Positions 1-12,796 of a stretch of DNA of 64,000 nt are shown one piece after another; position 1 is the stretch's first letter; each line of letters opens with the position of its first letter. Source of the DNA: Octopus sinensis. Taxonomy: Eukaryota. The stretch covers positions 90,520,001-90,584,000 of the forward strand of contig NC_043002.1 in the NCBI RefSeq assembly GCF_006345805.1, given 5' to 3'. A model generated the notes under the pieces. It did not search any database, was not told the origin of the DNA, and saw nothing but the letters and a program-made list of their open reading frames with translations. Both the position numbers and the translations under genes were made by a program.

Positions 1-374
1 AATTCTTGATTATTCTGAAATGTAATGAAATACACAGGTAGTATATTTAATTGAAAATAGAATTCAGAAATAATTAAAGGTTACAGATTATTTGAAGAGA
101 AATAAGCCATGTTTTCAGTGAAGCTATTCACCAAATTATTGGAAAATATAGATTTATAAGTAGATCTATGGTCATGTCGTGTTGGCTAGCAATTAAAGAA
201 TTTCTAAAAATATAATGAATGTAATTCTGCAAGATTCAGACAAAAGACAACTAGATAAGGGGATTACTCTGAGACATTACTGTCTTGTATCTGAAGACTC
301 ATGGTGCCAGTTAATCAGTTTCCATGGCATATAAGTAACCAAGATCACAACATTGCCCTTGAATAAGATACCAG

Positions 375-535
375 TCCATCACAGGATTACCGATAAACAG
401 TTGAGTGAACTGGAGAAATGCAAAATGAAGTGTTTTCCCCAAGAACACAATGCGCTGCCCAGTTTGGGAATTGAAGTGATGATCTTGGGATTAAGAGTGC
501 AACATTCTAACCACTAGGCCCCACACTTTCACAAG
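375..535 (-). mobile_element. tRNA-derived SINE, family D (degenerate)
   Basis: The reverse complement reads GGCCTAGTGGTTAG (A box) then ...TTGTGTTCTTGGGGAAAACACTTCATTTTGCA..., homologous to the copy at 1642-1890. Confidence 0.7.
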
Positions 536-1003
536 AGAAATTTAGAGAAGAAGGGGTTAGCTGTTTATAATGTTTGACATAAGCTACATAATGTTCGGTG
601 ACATTCTTTAGGAGTAAGTGTTAAATTTCATTTCATGACGATATGAAAATTGCCACTTCTGCATTTTACAACATGCATGTAATACATCATATTCATCATC
701 ATCACCACCACCACTACAATACCACTATTAGCAGCACTATTACCACCAATACTACCACCATCGTATTACACTTGCCACCCCCACCAACAACAACACCACT
801 ACCACCAGCACCATAACTACAACACATAAATCATAAATACAGAAATCCTAATGTTCAAATGTGAGAGGGGAAAATAAACCAAAGTTGATCATTATCATTC
901 TAATTAAGTTCTTTAATGATTTCTTAATGAGACTTTAACTAATTAGTGCAGCAGAAAAAGAACTTATAATTTTGATAGAAGTAAGTATATTAATCTCTCT
1001 GAA

Positions 1004-1063
<60 letters not shown>

Positions 1064-1472
1064 TATACATATATATATACATATATATATATATATATGT
1101 GTGTGTGTATATATATTAGATTCATTATGTCATATCAAAGTTTTTACAAACCATGTGTATGCGTGTGTTAATATCTGTATTGACTTCTAGCGACGTGGGA
1201 GGCCAATCAGAAATAAGGTTCACTTTACAGAATCCATTGTTATAGCAACATCTTCAGGAATTTCCGTGATGCTGGGGGTGTTCACACACATACATGATGA
1301 GCTTGATTTACAGTTTCTGTCTACCAAATCCACTCATTAGGCTTTGGAACTATAGGAAATGACATGTCAAGTGTATCATGCATTGGAACTGAACCGGGGA
1401 GCAATATGCCTGGAAAGTAAACTTCTTAACCATACAGGCATACCTGTGCATATATATATATACATATATATA

Positions 1473-1505
<33 letters not shown>

Positions 1506-1510
1506 GTATA

Positions 1511-1573
<63 letters not shown>

Positions 1574-1641
1574 ATAAATATATATATATATATATATATA
1601 AATGTATATGTGTGTATATATATATGTGTGTGTATGTGTGT

Positions 1642-1890
1642 GTGGAGGTGTGTGGCTTAGTGGTTAGGGTGTCAGCATCATGATCATAATATTGTCATTT
1701 TGATTCCTGGACGTTGGTGACACATTGTGTTCTTGAGCAAAACACTTCATTTCACGTTGATCCAGTCCACTCAGCTGGCAAAAATGAGTAACGCTGTGAT
1801 GGACTGGCATCCCATCCAGCTGGGGAACACATATGCCATAGAAGCAAGGAAACCGGGCCCATGGTCCTGGCTAGGCTTTAAAAGAGTGCA
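1642..1890 (+). mobile_element. tRNA-derived SINE, family D
   Basis: TGGCTTAGTGGTTAG A box, degenerate B box, central TTGTGTTCTTGAGCAAAACACTTCATTTCACG block, and a 3' end CCTGGCTAGGCTTTAAAAG shared with 18920-19241. Confidence 0.8.
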
Positions 1891-2553
1891 GTTATTTTTT
1901 TTATTATTATTATATATATATATGTATAAAAAATATATATAAAAATACAAAATGGGACAAGAACGCAAAACATTCAAATAGACGATACAAAAAATGGACA
2001 GGTCATTTGAAGCCTCTAATCTTCAGTCAAGAACTGGATCATCCTCACAATTTTGGCTGATTAATCTTGAGATTGCTCCGATCTGGCCAGCCCCAAGGAA
2101 AAACCTAGCTACGAGCATTAGATTTCTTGGAAAAAGGATCGAATGTATACGAAACAAGGACAGAAAAATAGACGATGTTACACGAATATATATACATACA
2201 TGTATTTGTGTTTATGTGTACATACATACATATGTATGTCATTGCTATTATGTTAAACTGTCATATATCATTTGGCCCAGTGCGTTTATTTCAGTATTCA
2301 TTTTTGCTTGCAATAGCTGGTTCTCTTGGTCAGGCTATTATATCTCCAGCTGCTTCAGATGTCAAGTTATCAAAAAGTTATCAAAAATTATCAAAAAATA
2401 ATCTGTAGTAGAGTGGTTTTGCTATGGAATGGTGAAACTATTTTTTCCTTTTTCTGAAAAAGCAACGTTTTGGACTTAAAGCACTTTTTCATAATAACAA
2501 CAGTATATATATGTGTGTGTGTGTGTGTATTATATATATATGTATACCAAATC

Positions 2554-2742
2554 TGGTGGCACACTGTGCCGGTGGCACGTAAAAAGCACTCACTACACTC
2601 ACGGAGTGGTTGGCGTTAGGAAGGACATCCAGCCATAGAAACATTGCCAGATCAGACTGGACCTGGTTCAGCCTTCTGGCTTCCCAGACCCCAGTTGAAC
2701 CGTCCAACCCATGCTAGCATGGAAAGCGGATGATGATGATGA
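2554..2742 (+). mobile_element. RTE LINE 3' UTR with (GAT)n tail (family B)
   Basis: Near-identical to copies at 47160, 51365 and 58023. The copy at 28340 is preceded by an RTE-like ORF C-terminus. Confidence 0.7.
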
Positions 2743-2860
2743 TGTATACATGTATATATATCCACATATATATTACATATACACATACATGTACATATAT
2801 GTATTATATATATGCATATACATATATACACATATATTATATGTATATATATATATGTAT

Positions 2861-2943
<83 letters not shown>

Positions 2944-2955
2944 CATATATATATG

Positions 2956-3024
<69 letters not shown>

Positions 3025-4155
3025 GTGTATATATATACACACGTATATATTATATGTATATGTATATATTATGTATTCGTTCATTTACTTTACATCTATT
3101 TTTCTATGGTAACATGGGTTAGTTGAATATATCATTGAAGCAGTATTTTACAGACAGATGTCTTTCCTGTTGCTACCCTTTATTTTTCAAAATGAGCAGA
3201 TTTCTTGACAACAAATCCTGCTTCTGGCTCACACCTTTTGTAGAGTGCAAATGTTAACGAATATGCACACACACAAACACACACAAACACATCTATGTAT
3301 ATACGTGTATATGTCATCATCGTTTTGATGTATATTATTCCATGCTTGCATGAGTCAGACAAGAACATGTTGAGGCCGAGATTTTCTGTATCCAGATGCT
3401 CATCCTGCTGCCAACCCCAGCTTGTTTTTACATGAGCTAATATTCTCTAAATTTCTCAAACAACAAACAACCTGGACATGTTTTCTGCAGAGACCTAGAA
3501 ACAAGTAACGTCATTTAATAAACCTTTTGTTTACAAAGATCACTCAGTGTGTTAAAGCATGTCAACAGCTCTGGCTATCTTTTGCAGTTGACACCAGATG
3601 GAACTAATGAATGTGTTTACTGTGTACAAGGCATCCACCTCCTGTGCTAGTGCTACAATGAAACCAGCTGCATGATGTACAGTGAATGATATACAAGGCC
3701 ACCCCCCTGAGGCTGGTGCCACAAAAATGCACGCAATATACAGTGTGGTGTAATTGGCAAGTGAGTGGATAAAGTGTAAGATTGTGAGGTTCTTTTTAAT
3801 CCCATCTATTCAATTTCTCTAGTATTGATACATCCTGTACACTCTGCAAAGCAATTGGTGATAGGGAAAGCATCTGGCAGTAGAAACCAAACCAAATAAC
3901 TCATTTAAGCACCAGTCTTTAGGATCAGTAGATTCTAATAAGAAATGATATGGACTGTGATGAGTTACCTAACTCATGAAAAGCAGATGTTAAATGATTA
4001 TGATAACATGTTTGTCTATGTGTGTGTGTGTATGTATGTATGTATTTCCCTCTCTTTATATGCCTGTCTGTCTGTGTGTATGTATACACACATTCATTTT
4101 TCTATGAAGGTATGTGATCAGATGATGTTTTGCAACATATAAATATATGTATTTG

Positions 4156-4186
<31 letters not shown>

Positions 4187-5089
4187 TGTGTGTGTGTGTG
4201 TGTGTTTGTGTGTGTGGATCGAAAAGATAGACAAACCGATATAATGTAATAGAAATAGATTAAGAGGTGCAAATTATTTCACCCTATCAGTGTATTATTC
4301 TCAATTGATATTTATCAGAAACTGTTGGTATATACAATGATGCCAATATACATCTCAATAAGTCAATCCATTATCAATACCCCCACTGCATCCACTTCTT
4401 CCCTTGCCCCTCTTGAACCACAACGGGGAGTCTTGAGATATTAAATTAGAATCTAGTTAATTATGTCAGTTCAATTGCTACCTCCTCCCCTTTTCTCTTC
4501 CTTCTATCTCCTCCTCCAATTATAGCTTTCCTTTCTCCATTTTATGAATATGAGCAGGAGAACTTTTAGCCTGAAGGATTTGGAATCAATTTTGATTTCT
4601 TTGTGTTTAATTAATGTTGAAATGCCATCATCTTATGTTAGTGAAAACTGTGTGCTACTTCACAGAAGTGTTCTTGGAGTGAATATTGGTAAAATTATAG
4701 TCGGGTTTTTATTGATATGGTAGAAAGACAGGTGGAATAAGATTAGATCAAGGAGAGCTGAACAGTAATTTTACTCTACTTCATTTCCACAATTTTCTTT
4801 AATTATGTTCTCTCACAAATATTCAGTGTTTATGAATTGTTTTCATTGAAATATGGTCAGGTGGCACAAATGGGAAAGTGCTAAAATATTTCAGTATACT
4901 TATTTATCCCCTCTATGTCCTAAATTCAAATCTTAATGGAATTTGATTCATTTTTTATGCTTCCAACATCAGTAATATAAGTGGCAGTCATACTCTAGGA
5001 GTTATAAAAAAATTTTCTTCTTCATGCTTCTGTCTGTCTATCTATCTTTTTCTCTCCCTGTACGTACGCACATACATACATACATACAT

Positions 5090-5260
5090 GATGGCCGTCC
5101 ACTCGTGACCGAGGAAGACCATTGCCGACCTTCAGGAACATTGTGCACTCTAGAACTAACTTATATTTTGCATTTGCGGCTCCGTTGGTGGCTAATGAGC
5201 CCTGCTCTTGACAAGCATACAGAACTGCAAACATTGCAGACCAAGCTTTCCCCATTCACA

Positions 5261-5262
<2 letters not shown>
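5090..5262 (-). mobile_element. RTE-type LINE 3' end with (TGTA)n tail
   Basis: Minus-strand translation CNVCSSVCLSRAGLISHQRSRKC is the RTE C-terminal CxxC..H motif. It ends ...CGGCCATCATGTATGTATG. Confidence 0.7.
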
Positions 5263-5294
<32 letters not shown>

Positions 5295-5312
5295 CATACA
5301 TACATACATACA

Positions 5313-5342
<30 letters not shown>

Positions 5343-5343
<1 letters not shown>

Positions 5344-6601
5344 TGGGTCATGCCATAAAAAATGCAGTTTTTTCAATTGCATGAACTAAAAGTCAAAGGT
5401 GGGGCAGAGGATAAACTACCTGCATCAATTTTCTATAAAAACAGGTAGTAATTTTACCTTGTCCTTATTCTTACTGCAGGTTTTAAAGAGTGTAGTTCAA
5501 TTTTAACAGTTATTTTTTCAATGCTATAATGGAAGTGACAAAGGAGCATATTCAGTGTATTTTGTTGTATGAGTTCAATAAAGGCAACAATGCAATTGAA
5601 AGTGTGAAGAATATTAATGCATTATATGGGGATTGAACAATATGTGTATGCCAGTGTCAACAGTGGTTCCAGAAATTCCAAGCTGGAAACTACAGCCTAG
5701 AAGACAAGCCTTGTCCTGGAAGATTTGTAGAGTTCAACAAGGATGTCCTGCAAACCTTGGTGGAACAAAATTCCATCATAACTGTTGAGGAACTAGCAGT
5801 GAAGCCAGGATTTGGTCATTCAACCATTCATCGACACCTGCGTGCCATCAGAAAAGTCAGAAAATTTAGTCAGTGGGTTCCTCACAAACTTTCTGAGTCT
5901 AATCCCATGCAGAGAGTGAATGTATACTCTTCTTTGCTGCTACATCTCACGAATAAACCTCTTTTAGACTGAATAGTGACTGGTAACAAGAAATGGGTTC
6001 TCTATAAAAATGTCAAGTGCTGATGACAGTGGGTAGGAAAAAGAGAAACACTGGCATGTAAAGTGTTGCTTTCTGCTTGATGGGAAGTGTTTAGTCCACT
6101 TTGAACTTTTAAACCCTAACCAAGCAAAAATAAAGATCTATTGCAAGTAACTTGAGTGGCGTAAGTCAGAAGAAAAACGAGGGAAAATAACCATCTTTGG
6201 CTCAAAGACAAAAGGTATTCTTCCATCAGGAGAATGCTTGGCCACATACAGTGAAGATGACATTCCAAAGGCTGGAGCAGTTTCAATGCAAAACGATGCC
6301 CCACCCACCATATTTGCCAGACATTGCCCCATCTAATTATGATTTATTCCGTAGTCTTCAAAATCATTTGGATGGAACCAATATGAATTCTGTAGACAAG
6401 GTCAGAACTGTACTGGAGGAGTATTTTTCCTCATGGACAAGTGGATTTTGGAAGAGGGGCTTTACATATCTATGAGATAGATGGAAGAGCATTGTAGAAA
6501 ATGAAGGAAAGTATATTTTAGATTTAAAAAGAACTTTGTTTATCTTAATTTTGAAAAATAAAAGAAGTATAAAAAAACGCATTATTTATGAGATGACCCA
6601 A
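5343..6601 (+). mobile_element. Full-length degenerate mariner (DD34D) transposon
   Basis: TIRs TTGGGTCATGCCATAAAAAATGC vs reverse complement TTGGGTCATCTCATAAATAATGC. TA on both sides (5341-5342, 6602-6603). Length ~1.26 kb. Confidence 0.92.
5529..6530 (+). pseudogene. mariner transposase pseudogene
   Basis: MEVTKEHIQCILLYEF..., WVPHKLS, VTGNKKWV, HQENAWPH and PPYLPDIAPSNY motifs, with stops and frameshifts. Confidence 0.9.
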
Positions 6602-6723
6602 TATATATGTGTATATATGTATATATATATATATAGTCAGATAATAAAAGAAGATATATCATAAAGAAACACACTCTAAAGAATAGAGCAGTAATTATTA
6701 CAACAAAATTTTATATCTTGGGC

Positions 6724-6787
6724 ATAGAGTTACCCAAGGTTTCGCATCCACAAAGCAAAGCCTTGTAGACAGCTTGTCAGACTCTAT
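6724..6787 (-). ncRNA. Type I hammerhead ribozyme-like motif (G8 to A)
   Basis: Reverse complement: ATAGAGT-CTGACAA-GCTGTCTACA..TGTGGATGC-GAAA-CC TTG GG-TA-ACTCTAT. 7-bp stem I, stem II, short stem III, GUA triplet. Confidence 0.7.
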
Positions 6788-7237
6788 ATAGATGCAAAAT
6801 TTATAATATCTACATCGCAGGTGCGAGGAAATGCTCAGAATTCAAGGAATACATCTTAACAAAAAAATATTAATGGTGTATGTGCACGCATGCATGTAAA
6901 TTCAATTTCCAGTTTGGTATTAAACATAATTTGTCCACAGATTTCATTTGGTATTATATAAATTTGAATAGATTACATAGTGTTTATTCAAAAGCAGAAT
7001 CAAACTGGAGATACAGTTACATTTTTTGCATATTATAACATTATAAATTATATAATCTTTACACATGTTTCACTTGTACATACTAATATGCTATGCAGTA
7101 ATTGTTATACAGACAGTTTCATAATGACCTTATGTTACCAGATCATCAGAAGAAAATAATGTAAACCATTGTTGGCTACCAATATCAGTTGGTATGCAGA
7201 TCCAAGCTGGATTATTGCATGGCATACTGGTATACAG

Positions 7238-7291
7238 AAGTGTATAGTATTCACAAGTGTATAGTATTCACAAGTGTATAGTATTCACAAG
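7238..7291. repeat. 17-bp tandem repeat x3
   Basis: AAGTGTATAGTATTCAC occurs three times exactly. Confidence 0.95.
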
Positions 7292-8414
7292 CGAAACATG
7301 TAATTATGATGTTATAATAAAAAATCTTTGCAACCAAATTTCTAGCTGGATATATATTATATGTGTGATTATATATATCTGTGTTTTGCTTACATTTGTC
7401 ACTCCATCTGCCAACAAATTCATCCACATTGCACTTTCAAAGATATGCAAAATACATGATCTCCTACTTGAAAACAGACAAGGGTTACCAACAGGTAGGA
7501 TATGCTGCTGTGTAGTAATCTTTCAGTAATATATTTGTCTAATTCATCCTAACATGGAAAAGCAAGCATAAAATGAAGGAAAAAAAGATCTTGGCCATAA
7601 TGATCGTGGCAGCGTTGCTGATAGTCAGGGTGATGCTGGGGGTGATGAGGATGCTGGTGGTGGTGAAGAAATGTCCAATTGTGCTCTCTCTCTAATGTTT
7701 CATGTTTTTCCTATAATGTTTGAAATCTTTCTCTTTTCTTTGTAACTTTCGTTTAAAAATCTACAAATAATAAGTGAAGATCAAAACAGGAAAGTTTTGT
7801 GTTGTGATTGGAATCATTTCCATTTTCTTTGATGTTGAAACTTTACAGATTTACTTACTTGGCATTTCTTAATGAAATTCTGTTTCCTAATTGCAAATGC
7901 TTTTAAGAAATTGCAATTTTTAGACATGTTTTAACTAAAATGGTTACAAATGTTGAACTGGTGGACTGCCATCTTGGAATTGGATGGTGTGTGGCTGGGG
8001 GATGAGCAATGTATTTGCTAATGTGTATATGGTGCATATGCATGTGTTTATAGGTGTGTGTGTGTGTATGAGAGAGAGAGAGAGAAGAATTGATCTGCTG
8101 TCATCTATGAAAGAATGCTTCAGAAGTTTCTAAGTATGGATTTAAGAATAATGTCAAAGCTGAATAATAAGATGAACTATCAATACTGTTGTTGTTTAAC
8201 ACAGGGTTCGCTTTAAATTAGCAAGCAAGACTATGTGGTTAAGATGCTTGCTTACCAACCAGATGGTTTTGAGTTCAGTCTCATTGTGTGGTGTCTTGGG
8301 CAAGTGTCTTTTTTTTTATATTTCTATTTATTATTCATTTTAAAGTCCCAAGTTGATCTATGTCTTGTGAGTGAATTTGGCAGACAGAAACTGTGTGGAA
8401 GCCCGTTGTGTATG

Positions 8415-8495
8415 TATGTATGTATGTATGTATGTATGTATGTATGTATATGTATATATATATTGATAGATATATACATACATACATACATATAT

Positions 8496-8526
<31 letters not shown>

Positions 8527-8712
8527 CATACATACATACGTACATACATATGTACATACATACATATACATACATACATACATACATACATACACACATA
8601 TGTACATACATACATACATACATATACATACATACATACATACATTCATACATTCATTCATACATACATTCATTCATACATACATACATACATACATACA
8701 TCCATACATACA

Positions 8713-8744
<32 letters not shown>

Positions 8745-8758
8745 CATATATACACATA
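8415..8758. repeat. (TATG)n/(TACA)n microsatellite block
   Basis: Seen directly; the source of the MYVC/HTYI pseudo-ORFs. Confidence 0.95.
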
Positions 8759-8761
8759 TAG

Positions 8762-8977
8762 GTTTCAAATTTTGGAATATGGCCAACAATTTCAGAGGAA
8801 GGAGATTAGTTGATTACATTGAACCCAGCACTTAACTGCTACTTATTTTATCGATGCTGAAAGGATGACAGGTAAAATTGATTCCAGCAGAATTTGAACT
8901 CAGAATGTAAAGACAGACAAAATGCTGCTAAGCTTTTTTCCCAGCATACTAACGATTCTGCCAGCTTGCTGCCTTAA
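8762..8977 (-). mobile_element. tRNA-derived SINE, family C
   Basis: The reverse complement begins GGCAGCAAGCTGGCAGAATCGTTAG...GAGTTCAAATTC. Homologous to 42272, 42490, 60365, 61852 and 63165. Confidence 0.8.
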
Positions 8978-8996
8978 TACACACACACACACACGT

Positions 8997-9034
<38 letters not shown>

Positions 9035-9049
9035 CTGTCTATCTGTCTT

Positions 9050-9446
9050 ACTGTTTTGTTTTACTGTTTTACTTGTTTCAGTCATTTAACTGCGGCCATG
9101 CTGGAGCACCGCCTTTAGTCGAGCAAATCGACCCCGGGACTTATTCTTTGTAAGCCCAGTACTTATTCTATCGGTCTCTTTTGCCAAACTGCTAAGTCAT
9201 GGAGATGTAAGCATCGGTTGTCAAGCAATGCTAGGGGGACAAACACAGACACACACACACTTATATATATATACATATAAACGACAGGTTTCTTTCAGTT
9301 TCCGTCTACCAAATCCACTCACAAGGCATTGGTCGGCCCGGGGCTATAGCAGAAGACACTTGCCCAAGATGCCATGCAGTGGGACTGAACCCGGAACCAT
9401 GTGGCTGGTTAGCAAGCTACTTACCACACAACCACTCCTGCGCCTC
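9050..9446 (-). mobile_element. tRNA-derived SINE, family A, full length
   Basis: Head AGGCGCAGGAGTGGTTGTGTGGTAAG...GGGTTCAGTCCC, central microsatellite, tail GCTCCAGCATGGCCGCAG...GAAACAAGTAAAA. Confidence 0.85.
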
Positions 9447-9994
9447 TTGTTTATAAATGCATATTAAAATATATTTTACTTTGTTCAAGCAGCTCAAACT
9501 TGGTAGAAACTCTGAGTTGACTGTGAACCTTTGATATAATAAGCACGTGCACACACAGACACAAGCATCTATGTATGTGCACATACACACACACACACAC
9601 ACACAAATACGATCTCTTCTCAGGTGGTGTGTGTGTGTGTGTTTGTGTATGTGTGTGTGTATGTGTGAGTGTATGTGTGTATTATCATCTCATTTAAAGA
9701 AACCAGGAAAATATACTGAAGCAATAAACGGCATTGTAGTAAGAAAGAACATGCCAGCCTAATATCCATGCTGACACCATTCCAACATTTCTACACTGTT
9801 GTTGCAAAATTTCTAACTAAGGTCCATAGTAAGATAGTAGCTAGAGCACCCAGCTGTGAAATATCTCTTCCTGGCAAACATCTTTCTCACCTTTAGTTGA
9901 TGCTAGACCTAATAAAATGACATGGAACCAAAGGATTTTAACTCTATCAGTGTAATTAATAATGACTACAAGCATCAAGTGAATCAGTGGTAGC

Positions 9995-10048
<54 letters not shown>

Positions 10049-10592
10049 GTATTTATATATATTATATATATATATGTATGTATATATATATATATATATT
10101 CATATTGCCATATAAACTCTATACATGTGAATATATACACATTTAGGCATGCCTATCTGCGTGTATTATAGTTAATTTCTTTCTATTACCAATTTTTGTC
10201 TTCGTCTTCTTTTCCTTCTTCTTCTTCATAGAACTCTTACCAAACATTATAGTTGTTTCTGCTATTCGGGAGTCTTATTTTTATTACACACTTCCACTGT
10301 GCATCCAAGCACAACTTTCAATATCTTGGGTGTATGCAATGGTTGTACCACCACAACCACCACCACCACCACCACCGCCACCATCATCATTATTATTTTT
10401 ACTATTATTATTATTATTATTATTATTATCACAATGTAAGTGTTGACTGCTGGAAAAATGAAAATAAGTTTTTATTTCCATCAAGTTTGTGCATATAAAA
10501 AGAGTTTCATCATTGTTGAATATTAAGATGATGATTATGATGATGTCAGCAGCAGAAGCAGTAGGAGCAGCAGCAGTGGTGGTGGCAATAGC

Positions 10593-10656
<64 letters not shown>

Positions 10657-11479
10657 ACATAAATCTTATGAAAGAATTGAAGATGTTTGTATCACAATGA
10701 AATATCATTATACAATTCCATCAACTTTGAATTTCTGTCCGAAAAGTGTTTGTGAAAAGATTCCTCTGATATGGAAATTTGCCAAATAATTAAAGAAGTG
10801 AAATGTCTCCAGGGAGAAATCAGTGAGATTCTGCAGTTCCAAAGTAGTGGAATGGTGTTCTTCAAGCTTGTGTTTTAGTTATTCATAAAGCTGACATGAC
10901 TACAGGGGATCTAAAGGGCTTTGTTCTCACCAGTTGCTCTGGTGAATCTGCAGAACGGTTGCTGCCAATGGTGGTGGTGGGGGTGGGGGTGGGGTGGTGG
11001 TAGTGGTTGTATTACTGCTGCTGCTTGGAGTTGCGTTGGTAGAGATGGGGGAATCAGGGTATTTTACTCATTGCTTGTTTTAATGGAAAATTTAAATTGC
11101 TTCTCTGTGCCTTGGTTACGGCTTGAAGTCAGGCTTTTTTTTTTTATTTGAAGTGGAGGCCTGCACAGTTTTTGTGTTTCATGTTGGGAGACAGTAACCG
11201 ATAGAAAATTCAGAAGATGGAATAAACTCTGTGACTACCATCTTGATTTACTTGGCAGCAGCTTATTCAAAGAAAACTAGAGAACAACTAATACTCAATT
11301 ATTATTGGGAAAATTTGAACCTGATTCAGTTATCTATCAGAAAGTTCTATATCACAGACTAATCCCATTCTTTGTGCTGTCTACAGTTGAGTTGACTGAG
11401 GTGGTGATATTTTTGTGTTTTGTCTGCAAACTATTAAAGGAAAGGCAACTTATCCATTCATCCTAAAGCTGAGACTGTT

Positions 11480-11642
11480 ATATCTAAATTTTACTTGTTT
11501 TAGACATTGAACTGTGCCCATGCTAGAGCACCGACTTGAAGGGTTTTGCTTGAAAAACATCAAAACTAGTACTTGTTTTAATGTCTGGTACTTATTCTAT
11601 CAGTTGCTTTTGCCAAATTGCTAAATTACAAGGATGTAAACA
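11480..11642 (-). mobile_element. Family A SINE 3' half (separated from its head at 12430-12575 by a PLE fragment)
   Basis: Matches the family A tail, same strand as the head 790 bp away. Confidence 0.65.
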
Positions 11643-11742
11643 CCTATTTCAGAAGCTGTTTCAGAAGTCCATTTGTCCTGGTAATCAGTGAATTTTATAA
11701 TTCGCATATAGACATTGTCCCCTTCATCAGGAAAATAGAGGG
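11643..11742 (-). ncRNA. Degenerate hammerhead-like motif in the PLE 3' region
   Basis: Reverse complement: CTATTTTC-CTGATGA-AGGGG...CTTCT-GAAA-CAGCTTC-TGAAATAG. Core intact; stems I and III imperfect. Confidence 0.45.
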
Positions 11743-12430
11743 CAAGGTTCAAAAGACGATATAGAGTAAGGAAATTTCATTTAAGGTCACATTATGCTGG
11801 TCACCAGTTACAGTGTTACATATTGACTATTTTTATATCGAATTGGTTAGGCATGATAGAAAAGCAGAAATTTAAAGAAATCATAAATATGTTATTATTA
11901 TATATTATGAAGTATTCTGGGTAATAATGTATGATAAAAGAGAAATTAGAATGCAAAAGTCGCTATTTATCATACTCTGCTTTATGGAACCTCATGAAGG
12001 TTGAATGGAATTTGTGAGTACATGAATGAATCATTTCGGAAAACTTATTTAATGTACCTGAATTATTCAATCTAAGAATAATGTAAGATTCCTTACTGCA
12101 CAAATTGCATTTATCCATAATGGCATTATAGGAGAAGGAATTCGCTATTATAGACCACGATATTTTGAAATTAATATTGCTAGTTCTTAGATAATGTATA
12201 TAGGAGGTGAGGGTTGTTGAATTTTTATATTCAATATTGGTAAAAGAATTTAAATGAGTTCTATACCTTTTTTTGAAGTTTATATAAGTTCTAGCATGGT
12301 ATTTATTTGATATTACAGTGCATTTATATACCACATTTTTGCAGAGGGAAAATCCTGCAAGTGGACATGAATCAGTATCTCTACATTTACATATTTTCTC
12401 TATTTTATGGTTGCTATTACCCTTATTTTG
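11643..12430 (-). mobile_element. Penelope-like element 3' fragment (GIY-YIG endonuclease and 3' region)
   Basis: ORF 11963-12454(-): CKCRDTDSCPLAG..NVVYKC..FKKRYRTHLNSF..STTLTSYIHYL..W.II..CNLCSKE..LNK..CTH, the PLE endonuclease pattern. Confidence 0.85.
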
Positions 12431-12575
12431 TGGGGATAGATTTACCAAATCCACTTACAAGGCTTTGGTTGACTCAGGGCAATAGTGGAAGACACTTGCC
12501 CATAGTGCCATTTAGTAGGACTGAACCTGGAACCATGTCATTGGGCCAGCAAACTTCTTACCATACAGCCATGCT
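12430..12575 (-). mobile_element. Family A SINE head
   Basis: Reverse complement GCATGGCTGTATGGTAAGAAG...CAGGTTCAGTCC...GGGCAAGTGTCTTC. Confidence 0.75.
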
Positions 12576-12765
12576 TCTGCCTTCTTTTTTTAATTTTTCA
12601 TTACGTTTCTTATGTAAATACAAGGATAAAAATCTTAAGCCATGCTCTTGATTTTTATTTTCGCATTAAGACACCCTTCAGAGATAATTATTCATGATGG
12701 TTTGTTGATGAAGTGGAGGAAAAGTAAAAGAAAAAGATTGCTAATGGGAATTAGAATTACACATG

Positions 12766-12796
<31 letters not shown>

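Noticed and set aside
2000-2045. CTGAAGA...TTCAAA on the minus strand
   Set aside because: Stems cannot be drawn without several assumed mutations.
10680-10970. Non-repetitive, exon-like stretch
   Set aside because: All frames are interrupted by stops, and there is no recognisable domain or convincing splice pair.
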